Shown here one piece after another: positions 1 through 9,949 of a stretch of 32,000 bases of DNA. The notes under the pieces are model-generated. The model searched no databases. It was not told the DNA's origin and saw nothing but the letters and a program-made list of their open reading frames with translations. How positions within the stretch are numbered: the stretch's first letter is position 1; each line of letters starts with the position of its first letter. The position numbers and the translations under genes are program-made. The stretch lies in contig NC_002677.1 in assembly GCF_000195855.1 (NCBI RefSeq), positions 1,710,001 through 1,742,000 of the forward strand, in the 5' to 3' direction. This stretch comes from Mycobacterium leprae TN. Lineage in GTDB: Bacteria > Actinomycetota > Actinomycetes > Mycobacteriales > Mycobacteriaceae.

Positions 1-473
1 CCGTCTCATGCCACCGAGGTGCTCAACAACGACATCTTCACTTCGCAGATCGCCCCCCGACACACACACCTGCGCAATGAGTTCGGTGTCGTGACGGCCC
101 GCAACATAGATTCGACTGGCACGGGCATCCAACACCGTGACCGAACCATAGCCTGTCCGGCCCGCGGTAACCGGCGTAGCGCGGTCGGGAATCACCGGAC
201 AACCCTCAAGCAGAAAACCCCAGTTAGCGAAAAGCCACAGGTGTGCCCGGTGCCGTTCTTCGAGGTCGATACGACCCTATTCGACTCGGACTACAGCGCC
301 AACAGAGCCAAGCACGACATCCCCCAAGCCCGCACTCAGCTCCACTATGTGCTCAATCGAGCGGAGTCGGCATCGACCTCGACAAGGACGTCTGTTCCAT
401 GACGAATCAGCCACCCGGCACAATACCTAGGAAACCTTGTGCGCCATCATCTTCGCAATGCGCCGTTGCGTAG
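1..473 (+). pseudogene. Degraded ORF fragments at the position of an Rv2036-like gene (partial, runs off the window start)
   Basis: Two overlapping plus-strand ORFs in different frames (19..402 and 243..473) with no single long frame. The call rests on position, just before the patatin gene. I recognised no family motif with confidence. Confidence 0.2.
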
Positions 474-506
474 CCCAGAACTGCTTACTACTCCGCGGGG
501 GATTTT

Positions 507-1478
507 TTACAAGCCAGCCGACCGCGTAACCGGGCGGCCACAAGCCGTCAGATATTCAGTGTAATTCCACGTCTTCAAAAACTGTTGACCCGCCTGTAAT
601 CCGCTTTGATAGAGCGCTTGCCGCTGCTCGACGGTGATGTTGAAGTCGATCGGACTCACCTCGTCTGCAGGCACAAAGATAGTACGTAACATGGTACATG
701 AATCGTCGATGTATGCATTGTCCTGGTTACTCACCAAGGTCTCAATAGCAGCGATTCCCAACGACACTGGCCCACGCACCGGATGGGTAGGCGGAATGCC
801 AGGACGAGCCGACAGTCGAATCCCGAATGTCGGCCATCGCGCATCACCGTCAGACCGGTCGAATAACTCCACCGGAAAAGTTGACAACAATCCGCCGTCG
901 ACCCAGGTCGCGCCAGCCACCTGAACCGGTTCGAACACATACGGAATCGCCGACGAAGCGTGTACTGCGCGTGCCACTGAGAAGTCGTCCGGGTTGATGC
1001 CGTAGGCATCAAGGTCCCACGGGATGCGCACCAATCGACGTCGCGACAAATCACTGGCAGTCACGACCAGCGACCAGGCAAACTGTTCGGGCTCCTCACC
1101 GGTACGTAAGTCACCGAAGGTATACACGCCTAAGTCGCCGAGCAAACTGGTTAGCCACTCTTCGAGATAGGCCCCTTGGTAGACTCCATCCGACACTAGT
1201 AGCGACAGCCCGCCACCTATTAAAGGCACCCGCCCAATCAAACTACGGTCAAAGAATTTCCGATAGTCGATGGTGCGCATCACTTCAGCAAGCCGAGTCA
1301 GCGGCTCACCAGCGGTCTGCAAGGCGGCGATCAACGATGCAACAAGCGCGCCCGCGCTAGTCCCCGCCACACGAGGAAATCGGTAACCTGCCGTGGCCAG
1401 TGCGTCTACCGCTCCGACCAAGCCAATCCCGCGAATTCCGCCACCTTGACACACCAAGTCGGCATGCACAACACTCAC
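507..1478 (-). CDS. Patatin-like phospholipase (Rv2037c-like)
   Basis: ORF 507..1496. It has the oxyanion motif VCQGGGIRGIG, the nucleophile elbow GTSAGA (GxSxG) and the catalytic Asp motif WVDGGLL (DGG). The ORF-track start at 1496 is a GTG in AT-rich sequence. A GTG at 1478 (VSVVHADL...) gives a 323 aa product and is the more likely start. Confidence 0.85.
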   Translation of the reverse strand: MSVVHADLVCQGGGIRGIGLVGAVDALATAGYRFPRVAGTSAGALVASLIAALQTAGEPLTRLAEVMRTIDYRKFFDRSLIGRVPLIGGGLSLLVSDGVYQGAYLEEWLTSLLGDLGVYTFGDLRTGEEPEQFAWSLVVTASDLSRRRLVRIPWDLDAYGINPDDFSVARAVHASSAIPYVFEPVQVAGATWVDGGLLSTFPVELFDRSDGDARWPTFGIRLSARPGIPPTHPVRGPVSLGIAAIETLVSNQDNAYIDDSCTMLRTIFVPADEVSPIDFNITVEQRQALYQSGLQAGQQFLKTWNYTEYLTACGRPVTRSAGL

Positions 1479-1565
1479 AATTACTAAATATAGCACTATT
1501 ATGTCAGTTTATCTGGTGCGCAGCACGCGGACTAAGTCCTACTCAGTCCTAACTGAACGAGGTGC

Positions 1566-2636
1566 TCAAGAAATTCGATGGCCATCAACGCCGAAGAAAT
1601 GCACATTCCCGGGTTCTGTATACAGACGAACGCGGCTGCCCTTTGCCGGCGGGTTTCGGCCGTCGACGCGTGCAACGACAAGTTGGTCGGTTACTTTGCT
1701 GGCACCTGCGATTCGGCCATATAGATAAGCATCGGCCCCGAGCTCTTCGACCATGTCGATCTCCACTTCGACACCGAGGCTGCCCAGCTCGAAATGTTCG
1801 GGACGGACGCCGATGATGACCTCGCTTGCGGCGCTGGCGATTTCACGCGGTATGCGAATCGGCCAATCCCCCAGCAAAACAGAGGAATCGACGATCGAGA
1901 GGGTGACCAAGTTCATTCCGGGAGACCCTATGAATCCTGCGACAAAAACATTCTCGGGTTTGTGATAAAGTTCACGAGGCGTAGCGAACTGTTGTAACAC
2001 CCCGTAGCACAGTACCGCGACACGGTCCCCCATGGTCATGGCTTCGACCTGGTCGTGGGTGACATAGACGGTGGTAGTGCCGAGTTGACACTGCAATTCC
2101 GCGATTTGATTACGAGTTTGCGCTCGCAGTTTGGCATCGAGATTGGACAGCGGCTCATCCATCAAGAACACCTGTGGACGGCGCACGATGGCCCGCCCCA
2201 TCGCTACCCGCTGACGTTGACCTCCGGAAAGATCTTTTGGTTTGCGATCCAGATACGGTTGCAGATCAAGTAGTTTCGCAACGACGAGTATCCGATCGTG
2301 GATCTCGGCCTTAGAGATTTTAGAGATCTTTAACGCAAACCCTAGATTCTGCGCTACGGTCATGTGCGGGTAAAGGGCATAGTTTTGAAAGACCATCGCG
2401 ACGTCACGATCCTTGGGATCGACGTGAGTGACATCGCGGTCGCCGATCCGAATACATCCGGAATCCAGCGTTTCTAATCCGGCCACCATCCGCAGCGAGG
2501 TGGTCTTGCCGCATCCAGATGGCCCTACCACAACCACAAATTCGCCATCATCGACGTCGAGGTCGAGGCGATCCAGGGCTGGTCGATCTGTGTCAGGGAA
2601 CTGGCGTGTCGCTTGTTCGAAGGTCACCGAAGCCAT
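1566..2636 (-). CDS. Sugar ABC transporter ATP-binding subunit (MalK/UgpC/SugC type, Rv2038c-like)
   Basis: Walker A GPSGCGKTT, signature LSGGQRQR, Walker B VFLMDEPLS, H-loop VTHD and a MalK-like C-terminal regulatory domain. The true start is ATG 2634-2636 (MASVTFEQ...), just downstream of the permease stop codon at 2639-2641. The remainder of the 495 aa ORF overlaps the permease gene in another frame. Confidence 0.9.
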   Translation of the reverse strand: MASVTFEQATRQFPDTDRPALDRLDLDVDDGEFVVVVGPSGCGKTTSLRMVAGLETLDSGCIRIGDRDVTHVDPKDRDVAMVFQNYALYPHMTVAQNLGFALKISKISKAEIHDRILVVAKLLDLQPYLDRKPKDLSGGQRQRVAMGRAIVRRPQVFLMDEPLSNLDAKLRAQTRNQIAELQCQLGTTTVYVTHDQVEAMTMGDRVAVLCYGVLQQFATPRELYHKPENVFVAGFIGSPGMNLVTLSIVDSSVLLGDWPIRIPREIASAASEVIIGVRPEHFELGSLGVEVEIDMVEELGADAYLYGRIAGASKVTDQLVVARVDGRNPPAKGSRVRLYTEPGNVHFFGVDGHRIS

Positions 2637-2638
2637 GA

Positions 2639-3490
2639 CTACCCGCCGATCCTGGTGACGGTGATACCGCGAACGAAGGCGCGCTGCGCGATCGTATAGA
2701 TGATGACTAGTGGCAGTATGATTAGCATCGAGGTCGCCATTATCACCGGCCAGCAGGTTCCGTACTCCCCCCGCATCCGGACTAGGCCCAACGTCAGTGT
2801 GGCTAGGCTGTTGCGCTGGATCATCAGCAACGGCCACAAAAAGTCGTTCCATACGTTGACCCAGGTGAGGACCGCAAGTACCCCCACTGCGGGCTTGGCG
2901 TGAGGCAACAAGACCCGCCAATAGATCTGCCATGGCGAGCAGCCGTCCAGGATTGCGGCTTCCTCGAGATCGCTCGGCAGTGTCCGGAAGAACTGCCGCA
3001 TGAGGTAGGTGCCGAACGCACTCCCGAACAAGCCTGGCACGATCATCGCCCACGGCGTGTCAGTCCATCCCAGGACTCGCATCAGGATGAACTGTGGTAT
3101 AATTGTTACAGTTAGTGGCATCATCAACGTGCCCAGGTATAAAACGAACAACGCATCGCGCCCGCGAAATTGTAGTCGTGCAAACGCATATCCAGCCAGT
3201 GAGCAGAAGAAAACCTGGCCGACTGTGACGTATCCAGCATACAACACGGTATTGAAAAACATTCGCCAGAAGGGTATCAGATCAAACACCTCGGTGTAGT
3301 TAGACCATTGCGGATGGGCTGGCAAGAGCGTGGGTTCGCGTATCTCGCCTTCCTTCTTCAACGAGCCTGACAACGCCCAGACAATGGGGAACAGGGCGCA
3401 CCACGCGATGCCGGTCAGCGCTATGTAAACGACCACCGCACGCAAGACACTGCGCTTAACTATATGGTTGAGTCGCTCAGCTAAGCCCAC
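2639..3490 (-). CDS. Sugar ABC transporter permease (MalG/SugB type, Rv2039c-like)
   Basis: 283 aa polytopic ORF with the EAA loop LEEAAILDGCSPWQIYWRVLLP. Its GTG start at 3488-3490 overlaps the upstream permease gene by 14 nt. Confidence 0.9.
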   Translation of the reverse strand: MGLAERLNHIVKRSVLRAVVVYIALTGIAWCALFPIVWALSGSLKKEGEIREPTLLPAHPQWSNYTEVFDLIPFWRMFFNTVLYAGYVTVGQVFFCSLAGYAFARLQFRGRDALFVLYLGTLMMPLTVTIIPQFILMRVLGWTDTPWAMIVPGLFGSAFGTYLMRQFFRTLPSDLEEAAILDGCSPWQIYWRVLLPHAKPAVGVLAVLTWVNVWNDFLWPLLMIQRNSLATLTLGLVRMRGEYGTCWPVIMATSMLIILPLVIIYTIAQRAFVRGITVTRIGG

Positions 3491-4436
3491 CAGAAACCTC
3501 CCACGAATGCCGTCGGTTCAGCAGCAACTGCAACACGATTAACACCAACAAGATTGCGAACGTCACCAACGCCAGCGCCGACGCATAACCGAATTCTAGG
3601 AACGAAAACGCGTGCTGGAACAACATGATGCCTAACACATAGGTCGCCAATTCTGGACCGCCGTTTGGGCCATTAAGCACGTACACCAGGTCAAATGTCT
3701 GAAACGCGTGAATGAACGAAATGACCACCACAAACGAGATTGCCCCGCGGATAAAAGGCACAGTGATGGATATGAATTGTCTTATCTCGCCTGCACCATC
3801 AATTTTGGCCGCCTCGTAAACTGTCTTGGGAACCTCCTGCATCGCTGCCAACAAGACGACGGTGGCAAACGGCACGCTCCGCCAAACGCTGACAATGCAA
3901 AGCGAGGCCATCGCCCATCCAGGGTTCACCAACCAGGGAATTGGGCCGATGCCAATCCAGCCGAGCATGATGTTGAGCAGCCCGTTATGGGTATTGAAGA
4001 TGAACTGCCAAACGACCGCCATCACCACTGAGGAAATGGCCAGTGGCAAGAAGACAATCGTTCGAAAGATCCCGATTCCCTTGACTTTCTGGTTAAGCAC
4101 ACCGGCAACTACCAGACTGATCAGGACGGTCGGTATGACCGTCCCAACAGTGAAAACCACACTGTTGCACAGCGCGATGAGAAACAGCGGATCTGAAGTG
4201 AAGAGATTTTGGAAATTCGCCAGACCCACGAACACCGGCGGGGTGAACATGTCCCACTTCTGAAAGCTCATATACAGCGAGAATCCGAGCGGAAACAGCA
4301 TAAAGACTGAGACCGAAGCCAGATTAGGTGCGATGAACATGCGACCGGCCCACGCGCGCCGGCGCGAAGGCGGCAAGCTGGCGTGGTTTTTAGCGATACT
4401 AGGCTCGGGTACCGCTGTGGTCTCGACCGATGTCAT
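3477..4436 (-). CDS. Sugar ABC transporter permease (MalF/SugA type, Rv2040c-like)
   Basis: 319 aa polytopic ORF with the EAA loop YEAAKIDGAGEIRQFISITVP. Its ATG overlaps the stop of the binding-protein gene (ATGA at 4433-4436). Confidence 0.9.
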   Translation of the reverse strand: MTSVETTAVPEPSIAKNHASLPPSRRRAWAGRMFIAPNLASVSVFMLFPLGFSLYMSFQKWDMFTPPVFVGLANFQNLFTSDPLFLIALCNSVVFTVGTVIPTVLISLVVAGVLNQKVKGIGIFRTIVFLPLAISSVVMAVVWQFIFNTHNGLLNIMLGWIGIGPIPWLVNPGWAMASLCIVSVWRSVPFATVVLLAAMQEVPKTVYEAAKIDGAGEIRQFISITVPFIRGAISFVVVISFIHAFQTFDLVYVLNGPNGGPELATYVLGIMLFQHAFSFLEFGYASALALVTFAILLVLIVLQLLLNRRHSWEVSGGLS

Positions 4437-5770
4437 GGACTATTCAACACCTCGTCGACAGCGCGTGCGAGTCCGGCCAGCGATGTCGCCGGCCGGACTC
4501 CTCGCAGCACAGGTCCGAAGTTACGATCCATCAAGGCGTTGATCTTTTCCCACGCTGGTGTGATCGGCAGGCCCGCTGAATGGACTGGCCCCCCAGTGAG
4601 TACGGCGAGGTTAGCCACTCTATTATGAGCTTTGGCGAATCCCGTAGAATAGATCGCGGATTGCAGGACTGGGACAAAGAGACAGGATTCACCGATCAAC
4701 GCTTGACCGGCGGGGCCGGTCGCGAATTTCACGAACTCCCATGCCTGTTCCTTGCGTGAACTGCTGGCAGCGATAGCCAGTCCAGTGGCACCGATATCGG
4801 AGCAGGCGCCGGATCTCGTGGCGGGCACTGTGCCCGCCGAAGGCCCGATAGGCAGTGACGTAACATCGAAATCCAGCCCCTCGGCTCGCATGAATGTTTG
4901 GTAGCGCCAATGCCCACCCAGCGCAATCGCTGCCTTGCCCAACGAGAACAAATCGGCCGTAGCCATCCATTGTTGCTCGGATGCGTCGGGAGCCACCTGG
5001 TATTTGTTGGTCAGATCGCAATAGAACTGCACCGCCTCGATAAACGCGTCGTCATCGAAATTGAGATGAGTCGGGTTCATCCGCGGGTTGGACCAAGGTA
5101 CTCCGTTGTTGAGGGCGAACAATCCAGCCGTGTAGTACGAGAGCCAGGTGTTGACAAAGCCCCACTGCGTGACCCGTCCCGATGAATCCCGCTTAGTGAG
5201 AGCGCGGGCGGTGTCCAGGAATTCGGTGAAACTCCATGGCTGTTCCCAGGTGCAGGGCGGCGGCTGCACGCCAGCGTTTGTGAACAGCTGTTTGTTGTAA
5301 AACAAGTAGTTTCCAGACCATTGTTCGGGAAAGGCGTACTGGCCTCCGTTGAATGTGAAGGTCTCATACAGCGGCTCGATACTGTCGGACTTCAGCTCCG
5401 CAGCAAACGCCTTATCCTGTCCTAACAACGTGTTGAGATCCAGCAAAACTCCCCGGTCCGCCAGTTCGGCATAGGTCAAATCCCACGCCATCAACACATC
5501 CGGGCATTTACCGCCAGCGCAAAACGTCGATAACTGCTGCATAACACCCGGCCCGGACAACACCGCCCGCACTTTAATGTCGGGATGGTCGCGCTGAAAT
5601 TCGCCGACGATGCGCATTCGGGCATTGGTCTCCTCCGGATTGGCGGCGAAAAAGAAGGTCAACGCATCGTCGTCGGAACTACAACCAACAGCCCCGGGTG
5701 CCAGTGCCGCCGCGGTGAGCGCACCGGCACCCCGCAACAGGCTTCGCCGCCCGAACAGTTTACCGTGCAT
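4433..5770 (-). CDS. Sugar-binding lipoprotein of the ABC importer (Rv2041c-like)
   Basis: 445 aa ORF. The N-terminus MHGKLFGRRSLLRGAGALTAAALAPGAVGCSS carries an RR-containing signal and a lipobox-like AVGC. Length and composition fit a family-1 extracellular solute-binding protein. It is the first gene of the operon. Confidence 0.85.
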   Translation of the reverse strand: MHGKLFGRRSLLRGAGALTAAALAPGAVGCSSDDDALTFFFAANPEETNARMRIVGEFQRDHPDIKVRAVLSGPGVMQQLSTFCAGGKCPDVLMAWDLTYAELADRGVLLDLNTLLGQDKAFAAELKSDSIEPLYETFTFNGGQYAFPEQWSGNYLFYNKQLFTNAGVQPPPCTWEQPWSFTEFLDTARALTKRDSSGRVTQWGFVNTWLSYYTAGLFALNNGVPWSNPRMNPTHLNFDDDAFIEAVQFYCDLTNKYQVAPDASEQQWMATADLFSLGKAAIALGGHWRYQTFMRAEGLDFDVTSLPIGPSAGTVPATRSGACSDIGATGLAIAASSSRKEQAWEFVKFATGPAGQALIGESCLFVPVLQSAIYSTGFAKAHNRVANLAVLTGGPVHSAGLPITPAWEKINALMDRNFGPVLRGVRPATSLAGLARAVDEVLNSP

Positions 5771-5995
5771 AGCACTTCCGACCTCGGAGCCTTGCCGACC
5801 GACCCTGCGGCTGTGTCCGATCTCCTTGGCACCTTATCAGCACGTGGTGCACCCGAGACAACCTACGCGGCACTGTAAGAACAACCCGACGCACGCGATC
5901 AGGTTCGCTGTTTAATGTGGATCTCATGGATGCCATTGTGGTCACCGACGCCGATCTGAAACAATGCATACACGCGACCGCACGGCGTGCTCACG

Positions 5996-6782
5996 CTAAC
6001 CCAGGATTCCATCGATGATCAAGACGGCAACGGATTGCGCACGTCGTGCGAATCGACGGGTCTCGTCGGCGACTTCCTTGGCTCCACGCATCTCGGTCAG
6101 CACCCCGACGGGAACCAGCACGCGATTGACTGTCCGCACCACCTCGGGTGCCCGCAGATCCAACAACGTGGCGATATCACCGTCGCAGGACGCTTCCAGA
6201 AACGCCTCCACGCTCTCGGGGCGCTTAGCCACACAGCGGAGTTGGGCGGGCCAGGGTCGCTATGCAGCCGCCCACGAACCCAGCCCCAGCTGGTGAGTTT
6301 CTTGACGGTTTCCGGTGATCGCTTCAACAGGTCGGCAATCGTCTCGAACGACACAGCAAACACGTTGTGAAGCACCAACGCAACACGTTGTGCGGATGGA
6401 AGCCAGTCCAAAATGGCCAATAACGCGCTGCTGACTGCGTTCTTCAGCAGCGCGTCTTCGTCGGCCAGCGCGGAGATGGTTTGCACTAGCTGGTCTAATT
6501 CGTTGGAGTCGACCAGCGGTCACTTTACTCGTCGCTTACGTACTGGAAGCTGGTCGAAAGACTCATGCACGGTAACCACCGTGAACCAGCCGGTGAAGTT
6601 GTCCACGGTGCAGAAATCCGAGCTGCTGGCCTTCAGCCAGCACCATTTTAGAGCGTCATCAGCATTGGCTACCGAGCCAAGCAGCTAAAACGCGACTGGA
6701 AAGTGTCTTCGCTCTTTGTCAAACCGCTACGCCAAATACCATTAAGATCGACAAAATTTTCTGGCCCACTCATAGCGGTCAC
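5996..6782 (-). pseudogene. ECF sigma factor with SnoaL-like C-terminal extension (SigI/SigJ type), frameshifted with in-frame stops
   Basis: Minus-strand pieces lie in different frames. The region 2-like piece is LLGSVANADDALKWCWLKASSSDFCTVDNFTGWFTVVTVHESFDQL, ending at a stop. The region 4 piece is LPSAQRVALVLHNVFAVSFETIADLLKRSPETVKKL (ORF 6097..6486). The SnoaL-like tail is VEAFLEASCDGDIATLLDLRAPEVV (ORF 5996..6232). Confidence 0.7.
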
Positions 6783-6923
6783 CTTCCCTACGCAAGAGCC
6801 GTCAAGTAGATGACCGCACACGTTTGAACTTTGTGTCACAAAAGGAGACCAGCATCATGACACTATCTATCATGTTCCGCATAGCACACTGCGGCCATGA
6901 GGCTCGTTGCACGGGTTGGACTT

Positions 6924-7250
6924 ATGAACACCGCATACATCATGGTCACGGTAAGCACAGCGATGGCCACTGCGGGAATCGCTGTAACCAACTTCATACC
7001 CGCCAAATTCGTGCTGGCGCATTCGACCGAGGTTGGTGTGTCGTGGTCGTGGCTACCGACACTGGAAGCTGTGAAACTGGCCGAAGTTATCTGGTTGGTT
7101 ATCGGTCTCTTAGGGCTGTCTGTCCCCGAAATTACGGCGGCGGCCGGCCTGGTGCTGTTCTCGGTCGGCGCAGTCGTAGCGCACCTCCGGATCCTCGTCC
7201 TTTACAATATCGGCTTTCCGGGCTGTTACTTGTTGCTGTCGACCGAATAA
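6924..7250 (+). CDS. DoxX-like small membrane protein, possibly intact or slightly C-terminally truncated
   Basis: ORF 6897..7250. From Met-10 (6924) it reads MNTAYIMVTVSTAMATAGIAVTNF...AAAGLVLFSVGAVVAHLRILVLYNIGFPGCYLL. This resembles mycobacterial DoxX-like four-helix membrane proteins as I remember them. The last helix looks short. It is divergent from the dead sigma gene. Confidence 0.45.
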   Translation: MNTAYIMVTVSTAMATAGIAVTNFIPAKFVLAHSTEVGVSWSWLPTLEAVKLAEVIWLVIGLLGLSVPEITAAAGLVLFSVGAVVAHLRILVLYNIGFPGCYLLLSTE

Positions 7251-7324
7251 TCTGGCGCTGATGGTTTTGCACTGGACAACGCCGCACCAGAGCGGGAAGG
7301 ACCGAACCGGTTGATCTCGTTGCC

Positions 7325-8064
7325 TCACCAGACCACGTCGGCGAACATGAGACCGCGCTCATGAACGGCCAGCGAGATAGCAACGGTAGATCCGGCACTG
7401 TTCATTTTGGCCCCGTTGAGTCGTTCGACGAGTTCAACAACATCAAGAGGATCGTTGTCGACCAAAGTTATTGCAGCAGTAAATGACAACGCACGACAGG
7501 TGGCCGATGTTTCACGTTGTGCAACCGAGTGCAGGAAGGTTGCCACCAACTTCCTGTGGTGTGTTCCGGCCCTAAACCCTAAAAAGCACCGAATGAAAAC
7601 GCGCAGTAGCATGCGATCCCTGACTGTCCAATAGCCCTCAGGGCAATTAGAGGGCGGATGATACCGCTCGCAACCTGGTTAAACAGGGGACTGTAGCATA
7701 ATCACCGGCAATTCCCCGTAGGCCCGCAGCACGACAATCGCCCATTCGCCGCTAGCTTTTCGAAGGTTATAGGGCAAAAAGTGGAAATATACTATTATCA
7801 CAGCTTACGACATCGCTATGTCGAGTTCGAGATAACGCACAATGACGCTACCCAATCATGATGGAATTTGATGTCGCGTGGCCCGATGAAGGTACCGTAA
7901 AAGCGGTCGATTTGTGCGTGCCCTACATGCGGCTGCCAGTTCACTGATCTTCGATTCGGCCGTCGCTGGTCAATAGTTCAACCCATCCGATACGTTCGTG
8001 GAACCGGTCGCCTGCGTCGACCGGTTCCACCGCGGCCAGTAGTTCGTCGCGGCTCGGTGCCGCC
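7325..8064 (-). pseudogene. Conserved-hypothetical remnant immediately downstream of pncA (position and size of Rv2042c)
   Basis: An ATG at 8062-8064 opens MAAPSRDELLAAVEPVDAGDRFHERIGWVELLTSDGRIEDQ, then a stop. Further fragments lie in other frames, ending with ORF 7325..7612. The assignment rests on synteny and span only. Confidence 0.35.
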
Positions 8065-8065
8065 A

Positions 8066-8618
8066 TCAGGAATTCAAGCCTAAGGTGACGCCGGTATTGC
8101 TCATCTCGTTGAGTGCCCTCATGGTCGACGACGCGTTGGACCCCACTAACAGGTCTAGCAATATCAGCGTCACAAAGCCCACCCGGGCCGGGCCTTGGTC
8201 GGTTCTGGACACGCAGAAGTCGGTGGCAACGCCGACCCCCATATCAACCTCGTTCACCTCGTGCAGCAACAACCAGTCAAGCAGCAATGTCTCCATCTAG
8301 TCGACACTCTCGAAACCGCTGTAAGCACCCTTACGGAAGATCACCTAAACCGGGCTCGTGTCGAGATCAAGATGAAACGTCGGCACCGGAGCTTCCCGCC
8401 ACGCAGTCCGGCAGCCGGGACGATACGTGGTGTATATCCTGTGTGTCAGAGAAATGGTTCCCAAGGTTTATGTGGTGGCCACGAGGTATCTGATAGCTGG
8501 CCTGCTGGGCCGGGTAAGCGTTAATCGCGTGGGGTAGCGTATCCGCGCCGCCGGCCGCTGGCACCGATGCACCCGTGCAGAAACCGTCCTGCACGTCGAC
8601 AATGATCAACGTTCGCAT
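8066..8618 (-). pseudogene. pncA: Pyrazinamidase/nicotinamidase pseudogene
   Basis: MRTLIIVDVQDGFCTGASVPAAGG...HFSDTQD...CVAGSSGAD (within ORF 8367..8660) matches my recollection of PncA (MRALIIVDVQNDFCEGGSLAVTGG...HFSGTPD...CVSGTPGAD). The C-terminal part, LLDWLLLHEVNEVDMGVGVATDFCVSRT...ALNEM, is ORF 8066..8296 in a different frame. That requires at least one frameshift plus internal stops. Confidence 0.85.
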
Positions 8619-9949
8619 CCGGTCCACCATATCCGCCGTCGCAGTAAACTGCCGTCGCAAACTGCTGTTGATATAGCACGCGGTTTGTTTGCCGGCCAGC
8701 CGGATAACCCAACGACCATGTTTATGCGCAGAATCTGCACGACCCCTGTTGTCGGTGATGTTTATAGGCTAAATAGTCGAATCGCTGCTCAATCACAAGT
8801 CGGCAGTGGCAGTGCCCGCAGTAGGCGGTCTGCAGGTACTGCCGGATCCCGTTGGCAGCAGTGTTCCGGACGACGCCGAAACGTTCACTCAGATCAATGC
8901 GACTGATTCAGATCGGGGGCAGTCTCTGCCGGCCACCGGTTAGCTGCCCCGTCTCACCTCCACCGCGCTTACGTGCACCATGTTAACGGCCAGCCTGGGA
9001 GTGCACACGTTCTGGAATAAATACGATCCAGTACGCAAAGCGTAGAAAAGCCGGGAGCTTCTGGCCGACCTTAGCTTTTTGGGCGGACTTGTGACCGCAC
9101 CGCAGACAAGCCGTCCTAGGGACGGTGCGGCCGCCGGGCGACTAAGCGGATCTCGTAAATGGTGTCTCCAGCGGTGCCGGGATTTGACCACCGGTTGCCC
9201 GACGCGGATACTTGCGAAAAGATCGCACATAACCCTGCCGGTCGGCGCCGAAAGTGGCCGCGAAATGCCCATCAGCGCCATCTAAAAGAGCACGCCACTG
9301 ACCTCAGGCCGCCCGTCCGCACGGCAAGCCAGCCGACACTACGCTAGACTAGCGTTGGTAGACGGGTCAGCAGTTGTAGTCACATGCAAGCGCTGCTGGT
9401 AATCACTGATCAGGTTTATCGCTGGCGACTTGGTCTGCTGTGCCAGTTCCTTACTTAATATCAAGATAGAAAATGGGCGATGAATCCGTCCGGCGGCAGC
9501 GGCCAACACTGCGACCCGCGCCCCAACCATTCAAAGCAAGTCAACGGGCAATAAACACGATTGGCGGCTATGACAATTTTACTCTCAACCACCACCGGCA
9601 TGTGCAGCTAGATCCGCGCGCCATCAATACACCGCTAGGAAGCCGCCGATGACAACGTAACAGGCGAAGATAAACCTGCAACACGACCAACGGTTTAGTA
9701 CATTGTCGCGCTGTCTACGGGTTCTGCCGCACTGCCGAGCCTGGCCAGGAAAGTGACGAAAGTATCGACGATGGCAGCGACATCCTGGCCGTGCTAGTCG
9801 ATATCTACATTGATGGCCAGGTTAGTCGTCGCCAAGCGATTCTAAAGTGTCGAATTACAAGCGCAACAGGGCGGCCGGTATGAAATGGCAGGACTGAGCG
9901 GCTAGTCGACGGCTGATGAGGTCCAGTGATGCGCTGAGATACAAGTCAC

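Noticed and set aside
60-69. (AC)5 dinucleotide microsatellite
   Set aside because: Only five units, too short to call a meaningful repeat or typing locus from this window alone.
486-506. Possible intrinsic terminator (ctccgcggggga followed by T6) between the patatin gene end and the upstream remnant
   Set aside because: There is a T-run but no real stem. CCGCGG is a 6-bp palindrome with no loop, so a hairpin cannot form.
2637-3053. N-terminal 139 aa extension of the 495 aa ORF containing the ABC ATPase
   Set aside because: The extension overlaps the permease gene in another frame, is Arg/Ala/His-rich with no ATPase homology, and the canonical N-terminus MASVTFEQ begins just downstream of the permease stop codon.
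6824-7261. 145 aa plus-strand ORF overlapping the DoxX-like ORF in another frame
   Set aside because: Its translation is Cys/His/Arg-rich with no membrane-protein character. The overlapping frame gives a coherent four-helix DoxX-like protein.
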